Below, in pieces: positions 25,768 to 38,182 of a DNA stretch of 42,415 nt. Source of the stretch: Hydrurus foetidus. Taxonomy: Eukaryota. The notes under the pieces are model-generated. The model made no database searches and was not told where the DNA came from. It saw only the letters and a program-made list of their open reading frames with translations. The position numbers were made by a program, and so were the translations under genes. Each line of letters begins with the position of its first letter. The first letter of the stretch is position 1. Location: positions 1-42,415 of the forward strand of contig UYFQ01000817.1 of assembly GCA_900617105.1 (NCBI GenBank), written 5' to 3'.

Positions 25768-26024
25768 ATTCCAGATTCCAGATTCCACATTCCACATTCC
25801 ACATTCCACATTCCACATTCCACATTCCACATTCCACATTCCACATTCCACATTCCAGATTCCAGATTCCAGATTCCAGATTCCAGATTCCAGATTCCAG
25901 ATTCCAGATTCCAGATTCCAGATTCCAGATTCCAGATTCCAGATTCCAGATTCCAGATTCCAGATTCCAGATTCCAGATTCCAGATTCCAGATTCCAGAT
26001 TCCAGATTCCAGGTTCCAGATCCA
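25768..26024. repeat. Heptamer satellite (GATTCCA)2(CATTCCA)10(GATTCCA)22 with degenerate ends
   Basis: Read directly from the sequence; it explains the spurious WNLESGI/PDSRFQI ORFs. Confidence 0.97.
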
Positions 26025-26169
26025 AGTCCTAGTCATCGTTCGGTAACATAATCTACTGTACAGAATCTTGTCTTCGCAATGTCCAACTTACTCATCTCCA
26101 GGAGACACTTCAACATTCTACAAAATGCTCCCTAGCAACATCCTTAGATAACGACAATTTGTGGCCATC

Positions 26170-29100
26170 ATGCCGGTCTCAAATGAGCTAACTGCGAAAG
26201 AGGTGTGGCAAAATAGGGAGGATGCCATAAAGAGAACAGGTTAGTTCCTTCAGAGCGACCCTGTCTTACCCGACTCCATACTACTGTTAGATCAAATGCT
26301 GTATCATCTACCGCCCCATTTATCTGCAACTAGGATCCACGTCCGAGTGATCGCTATTTTCCCCAACACTCATGCGTTTTTCGACTGATTGCTAGTTGCG
26401 CTCAACCTTGGCGATCTATATTAAACTGATAGACACTGACTCGACAGCCATGTGTATGACTAGGCGACATGATGCTGGGTGGTTGGAGAATGTTGGCCAC
26501 TCATTGCCCTCTTTGCAACTCAGCCCTGCTGCAGAAGGACATCAAAGTTCAGTGTCCATCGTGCAACATGCCCGTGATGACAGAAGAGCAGTACGATGCG
26601 AGAACTGCAGGATCAGTGAGTCCTGTAACAGGCAATCAGGTATCGGAGGGCGTGGAAGTTGCTGTTGCAAGTCGAAGTCATGTATCATCTCCTGACCATA
26701 GCTCGAAACATGCATACGTGGAGCCTGTATCGACCCAACTGTCGTTAGCAGAGCGCATTGCGAGCTCTAGGAAACTGCAGGAGTCAGAGCCAAGTTACTT
26801 GAGTGTGGACAATTTTGAAGGCTACTACTCTGACAATGATCATGTTGGCGTCACGAATACTTTGGCAGAAGAAAAGAAGATGTACGACCAGAACAATAAG
26901 AGCAGAGACATAATAAGCGGAAAGCTCGGTAAGCCGAATATTTGAATCTAATCAGTAATCGTCATATCGCCTCCTACGTCACACGTTCATCTTGGGCATA
27001 TCTTATCACGATCCCAGGGGAAAAGATGTTATCAGGCTGGACTCTGTTAGGGGCCGTCTGTCCACTACCCGCCTGCTACAGCACCCCCCTGATGAGCATG
27101 AAAGGTAAGAAAGGAAACAAGTGCCCGACCTGTGCACTCCTCTTGCTTTGTTCAGCCAACAAATTTTAAGTGCGTCCTCCATCGCCTCGTGTGGTAGTCT
27201 ACCTGCGTGCATAACTTTTGTAAAGCAAAAGAAGCATTCTTCGCGCACAAGTACATACTGCACTAATCTGACCTGTTTGATAATTATTTTTCTGCAGGTC
27301 AACCGGTGACGTGTGTCGGATGTAACAAAAAATACAAAATATCTGACTATGATGGAAATTACGAGGAAATCGGTGAGAAGAAAATCGTGAAATTTGTGAA
27401 GAATCACATACCGCCTAGGGGGACGAAAACCGTCTGTGAGGCTGAAGTGAAAGATACATTTGACACGGAATCCGACTATTTGCCGCCTCTATTTGATTTG
27501 ACGGATGCACCGATACTGGACTTTGCGACACCGTTAGGGAGTGATGATCCGAGCCTACTGATCTCTAAGGTTCGTTATGCGTGTTCTTCACGTATTTCAT
27601 CCGTACCCCTTTCTCTTTCTTTATGGAATGTGTTCTGTGCTGAGGAGAATCAAACATTCGATAAGATATGACATTGAAAACATTTCAAAACTGTGCAGAA
27701 ACTTATCAAAGGCTGGGCGCTGCTCGATGCTGTGTGCGATAGCAGTGCTTGCAAAGGAAGCACTCCGCTCATGAGGGATCGAGAGGAACAGGTATGTTGT
27801 TTGTCTAGACGGAGATCACTGATATGATGAGGGAATCCTTGCTGAAAAGTGCTGTGTCTCTATGACACCGAGAAGATAATGTGTAAATACTGCTGTCGTG
27901 TCCGCAAATTCATGGAAGTGGTACCTACTTATATCTGTGTGTAGGTAGCTATTCGTGTCTGTCGCCCCTTCCTCTCAAGGACTTCATGCGGAGAGTATTT
28001 GTGTTTCTACTATGAACGCTTTTGAGATCGATAGCTAGAAGAGAAGTATTGCAGTGAGAGCATTAGATGAATGTGCGGTCGTTTCGTTTCTGCGTTGTTG
28101 GTGAGTATCGGAGTTGAATTGACTTTATTTTGCAGTTGCAGATCGGTGCATGGTTGCACCTTGTGCATGTGCAGTATTTGTGTGTAAAGTGGTTGTGTTT
28201 TGGTGAGGTTAGGTGGGAGGGGGATGTTTGCTAGAGAAGAGTGAGAGAGGTGTATGTGCAGTTCTGTGTATGTATTGGAGTTTTTTAACGATGACGTCAT
28301 CAAGAACTCCCTCGTTGTCTAACGGTTAGGATATAAGGTTCTCAATTCCCAAGGAATTCCTTGGGGTCCGGGTTCGATTCCCGGCGAGGGAAAGTCGACA
28401 CGCTTTTTGTTTTGTCTCATTTTTTGTCTTGTTTCGTTTTGTTTTCCTCCACTATGTTTTCTTCTCATTACACTTACCGTGCCACGCTACCTTGCCTTGC
28501 CTTATTGTGCCCTACTCTGCTCTTTCCGGCCATGCCCTGCCTTAGTTTGCTATGTACAGTAAGACCACTCTCATCCCTTTTCATTTCCTCGCGAATCATC
28601 CTACCACACATGCTTTGACGTCTTTCTTTTTCATGCTCATTTTCATTCCCAATCCGAGAAAGTACCGAATCACCTACTTATTCTATTTATGATTTTTTTA
28701 TTACGATGACTGTCGAAACAGAATCTTCAAGAAATGCTGCTTATTGACTCCCTCAACTACAATTTTTTACGTCTCGAATTGCACTCCTTACACCGTCCTT
28801 CATAGCTTGCTGAACTGTTTCTATGGCACTACTGATTGATTTTAGGTGCACTGTGTGGTATGCGGCTTTCTTAGGGACAAGCACGGTAAAATTGTCAACA
28901 TCGGGGGCATCACTACATCCATACACAAATCGCCCGCTACGCTTCTCTTGACTCACGACGCCAAGGAAGATGAACCAGCAGCGCGCAGGAACACGCAGCG
29001 CCAGAGGCGGGAAGTGAATGACCTTGAGGATGACGACGACGAAGATGATGATGACGAAGACGCAGGGCATTCCGTAGCGTACAGCGCGTACGTACGATCT

Positions 29101-29474
29101 CGCATCGGAGACGTAGGAGGAGGAGCGGTCCGACCTACCGCGTCGAACCAGAAGAAAAGATCAACAAACAGTGCAGCATCCACCCAACAAGAGGGAGATG
29201 AGGAAGCCGCCAGACCAGACGCCATTCTCGACGTCCTGTTCGGGGTAAGAAAAATGAATCTTTTCCTTGTTTTAAATTGGACACACATCGCACTCTTCCC
29301 GAATTCATCTAAAACTGTCCTCTCCTCTAACTGTGTGTCTTCCAGAAAATGGAGGCAACAATCGCCCTGCTGTCTTCTAGCACGGACATCTCGCAGAGCA
29401 TTCTACTCGCTGACTTCGTTAAGAGCCTCGCCGAGGCAGCAAGGAGCGTGAAACGATTAAGAGAGTGTTACTGA
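26170..29474 (+). CDS. ZNRD2: Sjogren syndrome/scleroderma autoantigen 1-like (SSSCA1/ZNRD2, Auto_anti-p27) protein with three zinc ribbons; exons 26170-26239, 26464-26928, 27018-27104, 27298-27569, 27699-27791, 28846-29244, 29346-29474
   Basis: Three G-W-x-(M/L)-L-xxx-C...CxxC modules: GDMMLGGWRMLATHCPLC..CPSC, GEKMLSGWTLLGAVCPLPAC..CVGC and KKLIKGWALLDAVCDSSAC..CVVC. The C-terminal helix KMEATIALLSSSTDISQSILLADFVKSLAEAARSV resembles the SSSCA1 C-terminus. All six GT-AG introns join in frame from ATG to TGA. Confidence 0.85.
27965..28653 (+). repeat. tRNA-Glu cassette inside ZNRD2 intron 5, near-identical to 24608-25313
   Basis: Direct sequence identity apart from a few SNPs and a 17-bp indel. 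Confidence 0.95.
28308..28392 (+). tRNA. tRNA-Glu(CTC) with 13-nt intron, copy 2 (intronic in ZNRD2)
   Basis: Same as copy 1 except the variable loop is GGGT instead of GGGC. Confidence 0.9.
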
Positions 29475-29877
29475 AACACGAAAATTATTGAGTCTAAATT
29501 CTCGCGTATTTTTCTGCGACACGAACACCTTTACCTTCAACTGAAGTCAGCCAGTCCAATCGCATAGATTGTAAAAAAGACAACGGAACATTCGTACAGC
29601 TTGAATTTGAATGAGTGTACGTCATTTTGAGAAATTGATGATTAAATGGGTTATCCTACTGGAAGGCAGCAGAGTAAGAACAGAATGACTATTCCTGAGA
29701 GTATGGAAAAGAAGGGTTGGGCGACCTACAGAGCAAAGGGTGGCTGGCTACTGTAAGCTGGGCATGGCAGGGGAAGGGGGAAGGGTGGCACGGTGAGTGT
29801 AATGAGAAGAAAACATAGTGGAGGAAAACAAAACGAAACAAGACAAAAAATAAGACAAAACAAAAAGCGTGTCGACT

Positions 29878-29962
29878 TTCCCTCGCCGGGAATCGAACCC
29901 GGACCCCAAGGAATTCCTTGGGAATTGAGAACCTTATATCCTAACCGTTAGACAACGAGGGA
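29878..29962 (-). tRNA. tRNA-Glu(CTC) with 13-nt intron, copy 3
   Basis: Reverse complement identical to copy 2. Confidence 0.9.
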
Positions 29963-30519
29963 GTTCTTGATGACGTCATCGTTAAAAAACTCCAATACAT
30001 ACACAGAACTGCACATACACCTCTCTCACTCTTTTCGTGCTAGCCTCGCCGAACACCCGACTCACAAGCACCGCAACAGGCCATTCGCAACGCTCTATCA
30101 TAAGAGAAGATTTGATAAGATTACTGTACAGCAGAAAATTTACCAATCCAAAGATGCAGTAAGCACAGCGACACGGAGATGATGACGCGAACTACACACA
30201 CTGAAATCAAATCGCACAGTCAACTCATTCCCTCATGGCGGTAATCTCGCAGGCCTTCATAATGGAAACACAGATTCTCATCGCCAGTAACAGGAAGACA
30301 AAGAAGGGGAAAAGGAGAAAAGGATGGGGAGGAGACAGTGGTAGTGCACGTGCAGCTACCTACATACAGATGCGAGTGAGTACCAACGGTACACACTTCA
30401 AAAGATGACAACAGCGTTCATTCTCTATCTTCTCGTTGTCATAGAGACACAGCACTTTGCAGCAAGGATTCACTGAGTAACACATGTAATGCTAGTGACT
30501 TCCATCTAAGCGAACCACA

Positions 30520-31945
30520 TACCTGTTCCTCTCGATCCCTCATGAGCGGAGTGCTTCCTTTGCAAGCACTGCTATCGCACACAGCATCGAGCAGCGCCCA
30601 GCCTTTGATAAGTTTCTGCACAGTTTTGAAATGTTTTCAATGTCATATCTTATCGAATGTTTGATTCTCCTCAGCATAGAACACATTCCATAAAGAAACA
30701 GAAAGGGGTGCGGATGAAATACGTGAAGAACACGCATAACGAACCTTAGAGATCAGTAGGCTCGGATCATCACTCCCTAACGGTGTCGCAAAGTCCAGAA
30801 AAATATCCGACACACGTCACCGGTTGACTTGCAGAAAAATAATTATCAAACAGGTCAGATTAGTGCAGCGTCTACTGAGGCGCAAAGAATACTCCTTTTG
30901 CTTTACAGAAGTTATGCTTGCAAACAAGATGATGAAGGACGCCCTTGCACAAAAGAAATTTGTCAGCTGGATAAAACTAGAGAAGTTCACAGGTCGGGCA
31001 CTTGTTTCCTTTCTTACCTTTCATGCTCACCAGGGGGGTACTGTAGCAGGCAGGCGGGTAATGGACAGGCGGCACCTAGCAGAGTCCAGCCTGATAACAT
31101 CTTTTCCCCTGAGATCGTGAGGAGATACGCCCGAGATAAACGTGAGACTTGAGAGACGATTACGATTATTACTGATTGGGTTTCAGTACTCCGCTTACCG
31201 AGTTTTCCGCTGATTATTTCTTGGCTCTTTTTGTTCTGGTCGTATATCTTCAAGTCGTATATCTTCTGCCAAAGTGTTCGTAACGCCAATAGAGTAGCAA
31301 ATGTTGAAGTTGTCCTCACTCAAGCAAGCTTCCCAAAGTCTGCAATGCGCTCCGCTAACGACCGCTGGATGCATACTCACTCTACGTGTAAGTGTTTTAA
31401 GCTATTGTTAGGAGATGATACATGACTTCGGCAAGCGACAGTGACTCTCATGCCCTCCGATACCTGATTGTCTCTCGCATTACTCACTCATCCTGTAGTT
31501 CTTTTATCGCACGTCCGTTCTGTCATCACGGGCATGTTGCACGATGGACACTGAACTTTGATGTCCTTCTGCAGCAGGGCTGAGTTGCAAAGAGGGCAAT
31601 GAGTGGCCAACATTCTCCAACCACCCAGCATCATGTCGCCTAGTCATACACATGGCTGTCGAGTCAGTGTCTATCAGTTTAATATAGATCGCCAAGGTTG
31701 AGCGCAACTAGCAATCAGTCGAAAAACGCATGAGTGTTGGGGAAAATAGCGATCACTCGGACGTGGATCCTAGTTGCAGATAAATGGGGCGGTAGATGAT
31801 ACAGCATTTGATCTAACAGTAGTATGGAGTCGGGTAAGACAGGGTCGCTCTGAAGGAACTAACCTGTTCTCTTTATGGCATCCTCCCTATTTTGCCACAC
31901 CTCTTTCGCAGTTGGCTCGCTCGAGCAAATTTTGAGACCGAATTC
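30520..31945 (-). pseudogene. Inverted pseudogene copy of ZNRD2 exons 1-5
   Basis: Contains KLIKGWALLDAVCDSSACKGSTPLMRDREEQ and GEKMLSGWTLLGAACPLPAC. Most of exon 4 is deleted, there are frameshifts, the start ATG is lost, and exons 6-7 are absent. Confidence 0.9.
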
Positions 31946-34485
31946 GTTATCGGGGATACTCGTCCCGTTCATTCTCGACAAACGAAGGCTAGAGCCGTCA
32001 TCAAACTAGCTGTGTCTTCATATGACATTTTGCAATACCATGTCGAAGATATCTTGGAACATGGACGAGAACGAAGGAAGAAGAAGGGTGACTGTACAAT
32101 TTACAATTCCGTACGTCCGTACGGTACCGTACAGTACGGAGCGGCTTGCTGTGTATGAAGTGTGAGGCTGCGTTTTTATAAAGTTTAACATAGACTCAAC
32201 CGGTTGGTTTGGGGTTTGTGATCTATATGGTTATTCGAAATACAGAATACGAATATTCAGGAGTGATGCGGTCACATTTGAGCTCTATCGATGAGAAATT
32301 TATTACCTAGACGTATTTTCATTCGTTGACACTTTGTGTGTGTCCTAAAAGTTGTCTGCTTTATGTGATTGCATGCTTAACTTTTTGAAATGAATGTTCA
32401 TATTTAGTGGAAGCGAGTTTTGTACTTTTCAAAATACAGAATACGAATTTTCAGGAGTGTTCCCTTAATTGAAAACCTTGTAACTTCTTAAAGACATATC
32501 AGATTGAGCTAAGACACGGATGACATGTAGCTGACAATAGGGTCTACAAACGCTGTTGGTAAGTCTAAGTAAAAATGCTTCTAGAATGATAGAGAACAAA
32601 AGCAAGATTTCACACTCAAAAGCGCCAAATTCTCAACTTCAAGGATATAGGTCCAAGAAAGTTTTTGAAGATGAACAAATGACGCCCGCACACAAGTTAA
32701 CAGTCAGGATTTTCAGGAGAAAGATCACAAACAATTACTCAGTGCGCTTTCAATATCTGCGTTTTCGCCAAAAACGACCCAAAATGCGCGAAAAAGGGCA
32801 ACCCACGCCAAACTTGCCGCTGAAGATGAAAACACGTAAGAAGTTGGGAAAACTCTATTCTTATATGTTAAGACAAGTGCGTAAATAAGCCACCCTAGAA
32901 ATTACTTTCTACAACGAGTCAGTCGTATTTGAAATTGTGCAAACGAAAAACGACACTTTCACAGTTGAGAACACAGCAACCAGCAATCACCAAGTCACAG
33001 AAATTTGCGCACTACAATTCAGCACTATGAAATGCTTGTATGCTAAGTTACAGTCCATAGCAATGCAAACTGACGGCAAAAATTTCCAAAAATTGACTCA
33101 GGACGGCTCCACGACCAAATATCTTCACAAGGAAGCCGCAGAAAGCCCAAAGAAGCGCGGAATCAAGTCGGGAGGACTCATATTAGTTGGGAGATGACAT
33201 GTCATTGTGCTCCAGTCAGAAATGAATGTTTTAGATTTTCCTGCACGCTGGTGAGAGCTTAAAAGACAGGAGACAGTAATCTCAAAAGACAGGAGACGAA
33301 ACGAGGGTTCAGTGGTGAAATGAGCCCGATCGTTTTGGAGAATCTGAAAATGCAGGAGACGGGTCCGATTGAGTGTGCGGGTTTATTTTTTTCAAAAAAA
33401 AAGTCAATAAGTTTTCGTAGACTCAACTCCGTAGTTGTTCCAACCGGTTGAGGAAAATCACCGTTTCCACCCCCAGAATCACCAAAATGGACGATTTCAG
33501 CACCAAATGCTGCTAAAGCGCTGGTCAATTCCGTGACCTGAGTACCGAATCATGCCACAACTGAACCTATCTTGCGGATTGTAGAAGAAAATTGAGTTGC
33601 ACTTCATCGATACTCTCGAGATGTTAGAGAATGAGCATTTATTGGCCTTTCATTGAAAAGGTAAAGTAAAGAATCTAGGCAATGGGCACTCAACGGTACA
33701 GTACCATACGGTGCCGTCTGAAACAGTGCAAAGTGCAAAGTGTGAGGTGTGATTGTAACAGGTTCTTCTTTCTTCTTTATTGAAACTTGAAGTTCAGGAG
33801 TTCGGGAGTCCCACACCCTGCTCCAATACTGATGAGAAATCTGTCAACGCTGCCTTGCAATTTGAGTTATTCGAGTAGTCCACCTTGTGTCAACAGTGAC
33901 ATGAAATCACCACATGCATTTCTTAATGGTTTGCTGCCCACTGCACAGCGTTCAGAACTACTGTAGCCATCATGCATGTGACGCTCGGACTTGTCGGACC
34001 CCGTCGAAGAAGGCGATCACACCAATTGATTGGTGATCATTGAACAGTTCGGACTGGATTGCGACGAACAAATAGCCGTGATTTCAGAGGGGACGATCTC
34101 TTAAGTGGGGCTATCTTACGGTTTAAAAGCGTACAGAAAACAAGCGCGGTGTCTACGTGTGTATTGGTCTGAGGGTGCGGTGGCGACCACAGATGCAGAT
34201 TCTTAGGGAAGTGCGTCGAGTGATTTGTCAGATTGAGCATGAAAATGAATAATACTAACCATGAAAAGGGAAGGCAGCAGAGTAAGAACAGAATGACTAT
34301 TCCTGAGAGTATGGAAAAGAAGGGTTGGGCGACCTACAGAGCAAAGGGTGGCTGGCTACTGTAAGCTGGGCATGGCAGGGGAAGGGGGAAGGGTGGCACG
34401 GTGAGTGTAATGAGAAGAAAACATAGTGGAGGAAAACAAAACGAAACAAGACAAAAAATAAGACAAAACAAAAAGCGTGTCGACT

Positions 34486-34570
34486 TTCCCTCGCCGGGAA
34501 TCGAACCCGGACCCCAAGGAATTCCTTGGGAATTGAGAACCTTATATCCTAACCGTTAGACAACGAGGGA
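34486..34570 (-). tRNA. tRNA-Glu(CTC) with 13-nt intron, copy 4
   Basis: Identical to copy 3. Confidence 0.9.
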
Positions 34571-35006
34571 GTTCTTGATGACGTCATTGTTAAAAAACTC
34601 CAATACATACACAGAACTGCACATACACCTCTCTCACTCTTTTCGTGCTAGCCTCGCCGAACACCCGACTCACAAGCACCGCAACAGGCCATTCGCAACG
34701 CTCTATCATAAGAGAAGATTTGATAAGATTACTGTACAGCAGAAAATTTACCAATCCAAAGATGCAGTAAGCACAGCGACACGGAGATGATGACGCGAAT
34801 CACACACACTGAAATCAAATCGCACAGTCAACTCATTCCCTCATAGCGGTAATCTCACAAGCATTCATGATGACAACAGAAAGGAGAGGGACAAAAGCAG
34901 TGTATACAAATATAAGTAAGTACCGCCATTGTATACAAATACATGTAAGTACCGCCATTACACTCTTGCGGACGCAGCAGCAACGTATTTTAACGGCATC
35001 AAGAAC

Positions 35007-35029
35007 TCCTTCATTGTCTAGCGGTCAGG
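35007..35029 (+). pseudogene. Degenerate 5' fragment of tRNA-Glu with its native leader (also at 37839-37861 and 40721-40743)
   Basis: CATCAAGAAC-TCCTTCATTGTCTAGCGGTCAGG compared with the intact CATCAAGAAC-TCCCTCGTTGTCTAACGGTTAGG; no anticodon or T arm follows. Confidence 0.7.
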
Positions 35030-35351
35030 GTCTACGGACCTTCCCTTGCTTAACGACTTTCTGCTTATTAGAACATTCTTTCTTCTATTCTCTCAAATCT
35101 TCTCTTTGTCTTTTTTCTTCATGTCCACTTTCAACGCATAACGACTTTGAGGCATCAGCCCTTTAAAAGGACTTTCCATTTCACAGCTACCTACATACAG
35201 ATGCGAGTGAGTACCAACGGTACACACTTCAAAAGATGACAACAGCATTCACACTCTATCTTCTCGTTGTCATAGAGACACAGCACTTTGCAGCAAGGAT
35301 TCACTGAGTAACACATGTAATGCTAGTGACTTCCATCTAAGCGAACCGCAT

Positions 35352-36403
35352 ACCTGTTCCTCTCGATCCCTCATGAGCGGAGTGCTTCTTTTGCAAGCAC
35401 TGCTATCGCACACAGCATCGAGCTGTGCCCAGCCTTAGATAAGTCCCTGCCAAGTCTCGACTCCTTTCATGCTCATCAGGGGGGTACTGTAGCAGGCTGG
35501 CGGGTAGTGGACAGACGGCGCCTAGCAGAGTCTAGCCTGATAACGTCTTTTCCCCTGGCATCGTGAGGAGGTACGCCCGAGATAAACGTGAGACGTGGGA
35601 GACATATCAGGCGATTATGATAATTAATGATTAGATTCAAGTACTCGGCTTACCAGGCTTTTCAGTGATTATGTCTCTGCTCTTGCTGTTCTGTTCGTGT
35701 GTCTTCTATTCTTGTTCCAACGTGTTCGTGACGACAACGCGATCATTGCCAGAATATGATAGACGTCGAAGTTGTCCTCACTCAAGTAAGTCGGCTATGA
35801 CCTCTGCAGTTTCCTACAGTCTGCAATGCGCTCCGCTAACGACCGCTGGATGCATACTAGATCTACGAATGCGTGTTTTTCAAGCACTTCGGCTAGCAAC
35901 AGTAACTCTCATGCCCTCCGATACCTGATTGTCTCTCACAGTCTTCACTCATCCTGCGGCTCTCGCATCGCGCGTCCGTTCTGTCATCACGGGCATGTTG
36001 CATCTTGGGCACCGGACTTTGATGTCCTCCTGCAGCAGGGCTGAGGTGTACAGAAGGCAATGAGCAGCCAGCATTCTGCAACCGCCCCGAATCTTATTAT
36101 TGCCTAGTCATACATGTGGTTGTTCGGTCAGTGCCCATCAGTTTGTAGTCGGTCGCTGAGTTTCAGCGCAAATGGTAATTCGTTGAAGTATTCAGGAGTG
36201 CATGGAGATATAGCGATTACTTCGACTTGCGTCCCAATCACAAACGGATCCCGCAGGAGAAAACACAGCAACTGATCTAACAGGAATACGGAGACAGGTA
36301 GGGCAAGGACTGCTCTGAAGGAACTGACCTATTCCCCTTACGGCATTCTCCCTATTTTGCCACGCCTCTCCCGCAGTTGGCTTGTTCGTGACCTTAATTT
36401 CAT
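35352..36403 (-). pseudogene. Decayed ZNRD2 copy (exons 1-3 and 5), tandem unit 1
   Basis: Diverged homology to exons 1, 2, 3 and 5. Exon 3 is joined almost directly to exon 5 (exon 4 and its flanking introns are lost), with multiple frameshifts. Confidence 0.85.
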
Positions 36404-37360
36404 GGGCACCAGTAGTCGCTCTACAGAAAATTCCTCACACGCATATTTGACGACGTCTGCCCATGCCGTCCAATTAGCTGCTTACAGGGTTGTTTGCGTG
36501 GCGATATTGTATAGGGCATGTCGAAGAAATATCTTGGAACAGAACGAAGGACGAAGACAGATGACTGTACAACTCCGCACTGTACCGTACAGTACGGTGG
36601 GTGCAGCTTGCTGAGTGTGGGGTGTGATTGTAACAGGTTCTTCTTTCTTCTTTATTGAAACTTGAAGTTCAGGAGTTCGGGAGTCCCACACCCTGCTCCA
36701 ATACTGATGAGAAATCTGTCAACGCTGCCTTGCAATTTGAGTTATTCGAGTAGTCCACCTTGTGTCAACAGTGACATGAAATCACCACATGCATTTCTTA
36801 ATGGTTTGCTGCCCACTGCACAGCGTTCAGAACTACTGTAGCCATCATGCATGTGACGCTCGGACTTGTCGGACCCCGTCGAAGAAGGCGATCACACCAA
36901 TTGATTGGTGATCATTGAACAGTTCGGACTGGATTGCGACGAACAAATAGCCGTGATTTCAGAGGGGACGATCTCTTAAGTGGGGCTATCTTACGGTTTA
37001 AAAGCGTACAGAAAACAAGCGCGGTGTCTACGTGTGTATTGGTCTGAGGGTGCGGTGGCGACCACAGATGCAGATTCTTAGGGAAGTGCGTCGAGTGATT
37101 TGTCAGATTGAGCATGAAAATGAATAATACTAACCATGAAAAGGGAAGGCAGCAGAGTAAGAACAGAATGACTATTCCTGAGAGTATGGAAAAGAAGGGT
37201 TGGGCGACCTACAGAGCAAAGGGTGGCTGGCTACTGTAAGCTGGGCATGGCAGGGGAAGGGGGAAGGGTGGCACGGTGAGTGTAATGAGAAGAAAACATA
37301 GTGGAGGAAAACAAAACGAAACAAGACAAAAAATAAGACAAAACAAAAAGCGTGTCGACT

Positions 37361-37445
37361 TTCCCTCGCCGGGAATCGAACCCGGACCCCAAGGAATTCC
37401 TTGGGAATTGAGAACCTTATATCCTAACCGTTAGACAACGAGGGA
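37361..37445 (-). tRNA. tRNA-Glu(CTC) with 13-nt intron, copy 5
   Basis: Identical to copy 3. Confidence 0.9.
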
Positions 37446-38182
37446 GTTCTTGATGACGTCATCGTTAAAAAACTCCAATACATACACAGAACTGCACATA
37501 CACCTCTCTCACTCTTTTCGTGCTAGCCTCGCCGAACACCCGACTCACAAGCACCGCAACAGGCCATTCGCAACGCTCCATCATAAGAGAAGATTTGATA
37601 AGATTACTGTACAGCAGAAAATTTACCAATCCAAAGATGCAGTAAGCACAGCGACACGGAGATGATGACGCGAATCACACACACTGAAATCAAATCGCAC
37701 AGTCAACTCATTCCCTCATAGCGGTAATCTCACAAGCATTCATGATGACAACAGAAAGGAGAGGGACAAAAGCAGTGTATACAAATACATGTAAGTACCG
37801 CCATTACACTCTTGCGGACGCAGCAGCAACGTAAGAACTCCTTCATTGTCTAGCGGTCAGGGTCTACGGACCTTCCCTTGCTTAACGACTTTCTGCTTAT
37901 TAGAACATTCTTTCTTCTGTTCTCTCAAATCTTCTCTTTGTCTTTTTTCTTCATGTCCACTTTCAACGCATAACGACTTTGAGGCATCAGCCCTTTAAAA
38001 GGACTTTCCATTTCACAGCTACCTACATACAGATGCGAGTGAGTACCAACGGTACACACTTCAAAAGATGACAACAGCATTCACACTCTATCTTCTCGTT
38101 GTCATAGAGACACAGCACTTTGCAGCAAGGATTCACTGAGTAACACATGTAATGCTAGTGACTTCCATCTAAGCGAACCGCA

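Noticed and set aside
25500..26046. ORFs with WNLESGI / PDSRFQI repeats
   Set aside because: These are translations of the heptamer satellite. The repeat is also not a known telomere motif or a canonical nGAAnnTTCn heat-shock element.
32556..33528. Short ORFs (110, 86, 89 aa) as a gene
   Set aside because: No recognisable motifs and no consistent splice model.
35352..36403. Processed (retro) pseudogene origin of the ZNRD2 copies
   Set aside because: Introns 1 and 2 and the start of intron 5 are retained. The exon 3-5 join is an imprecise DNA deletion.
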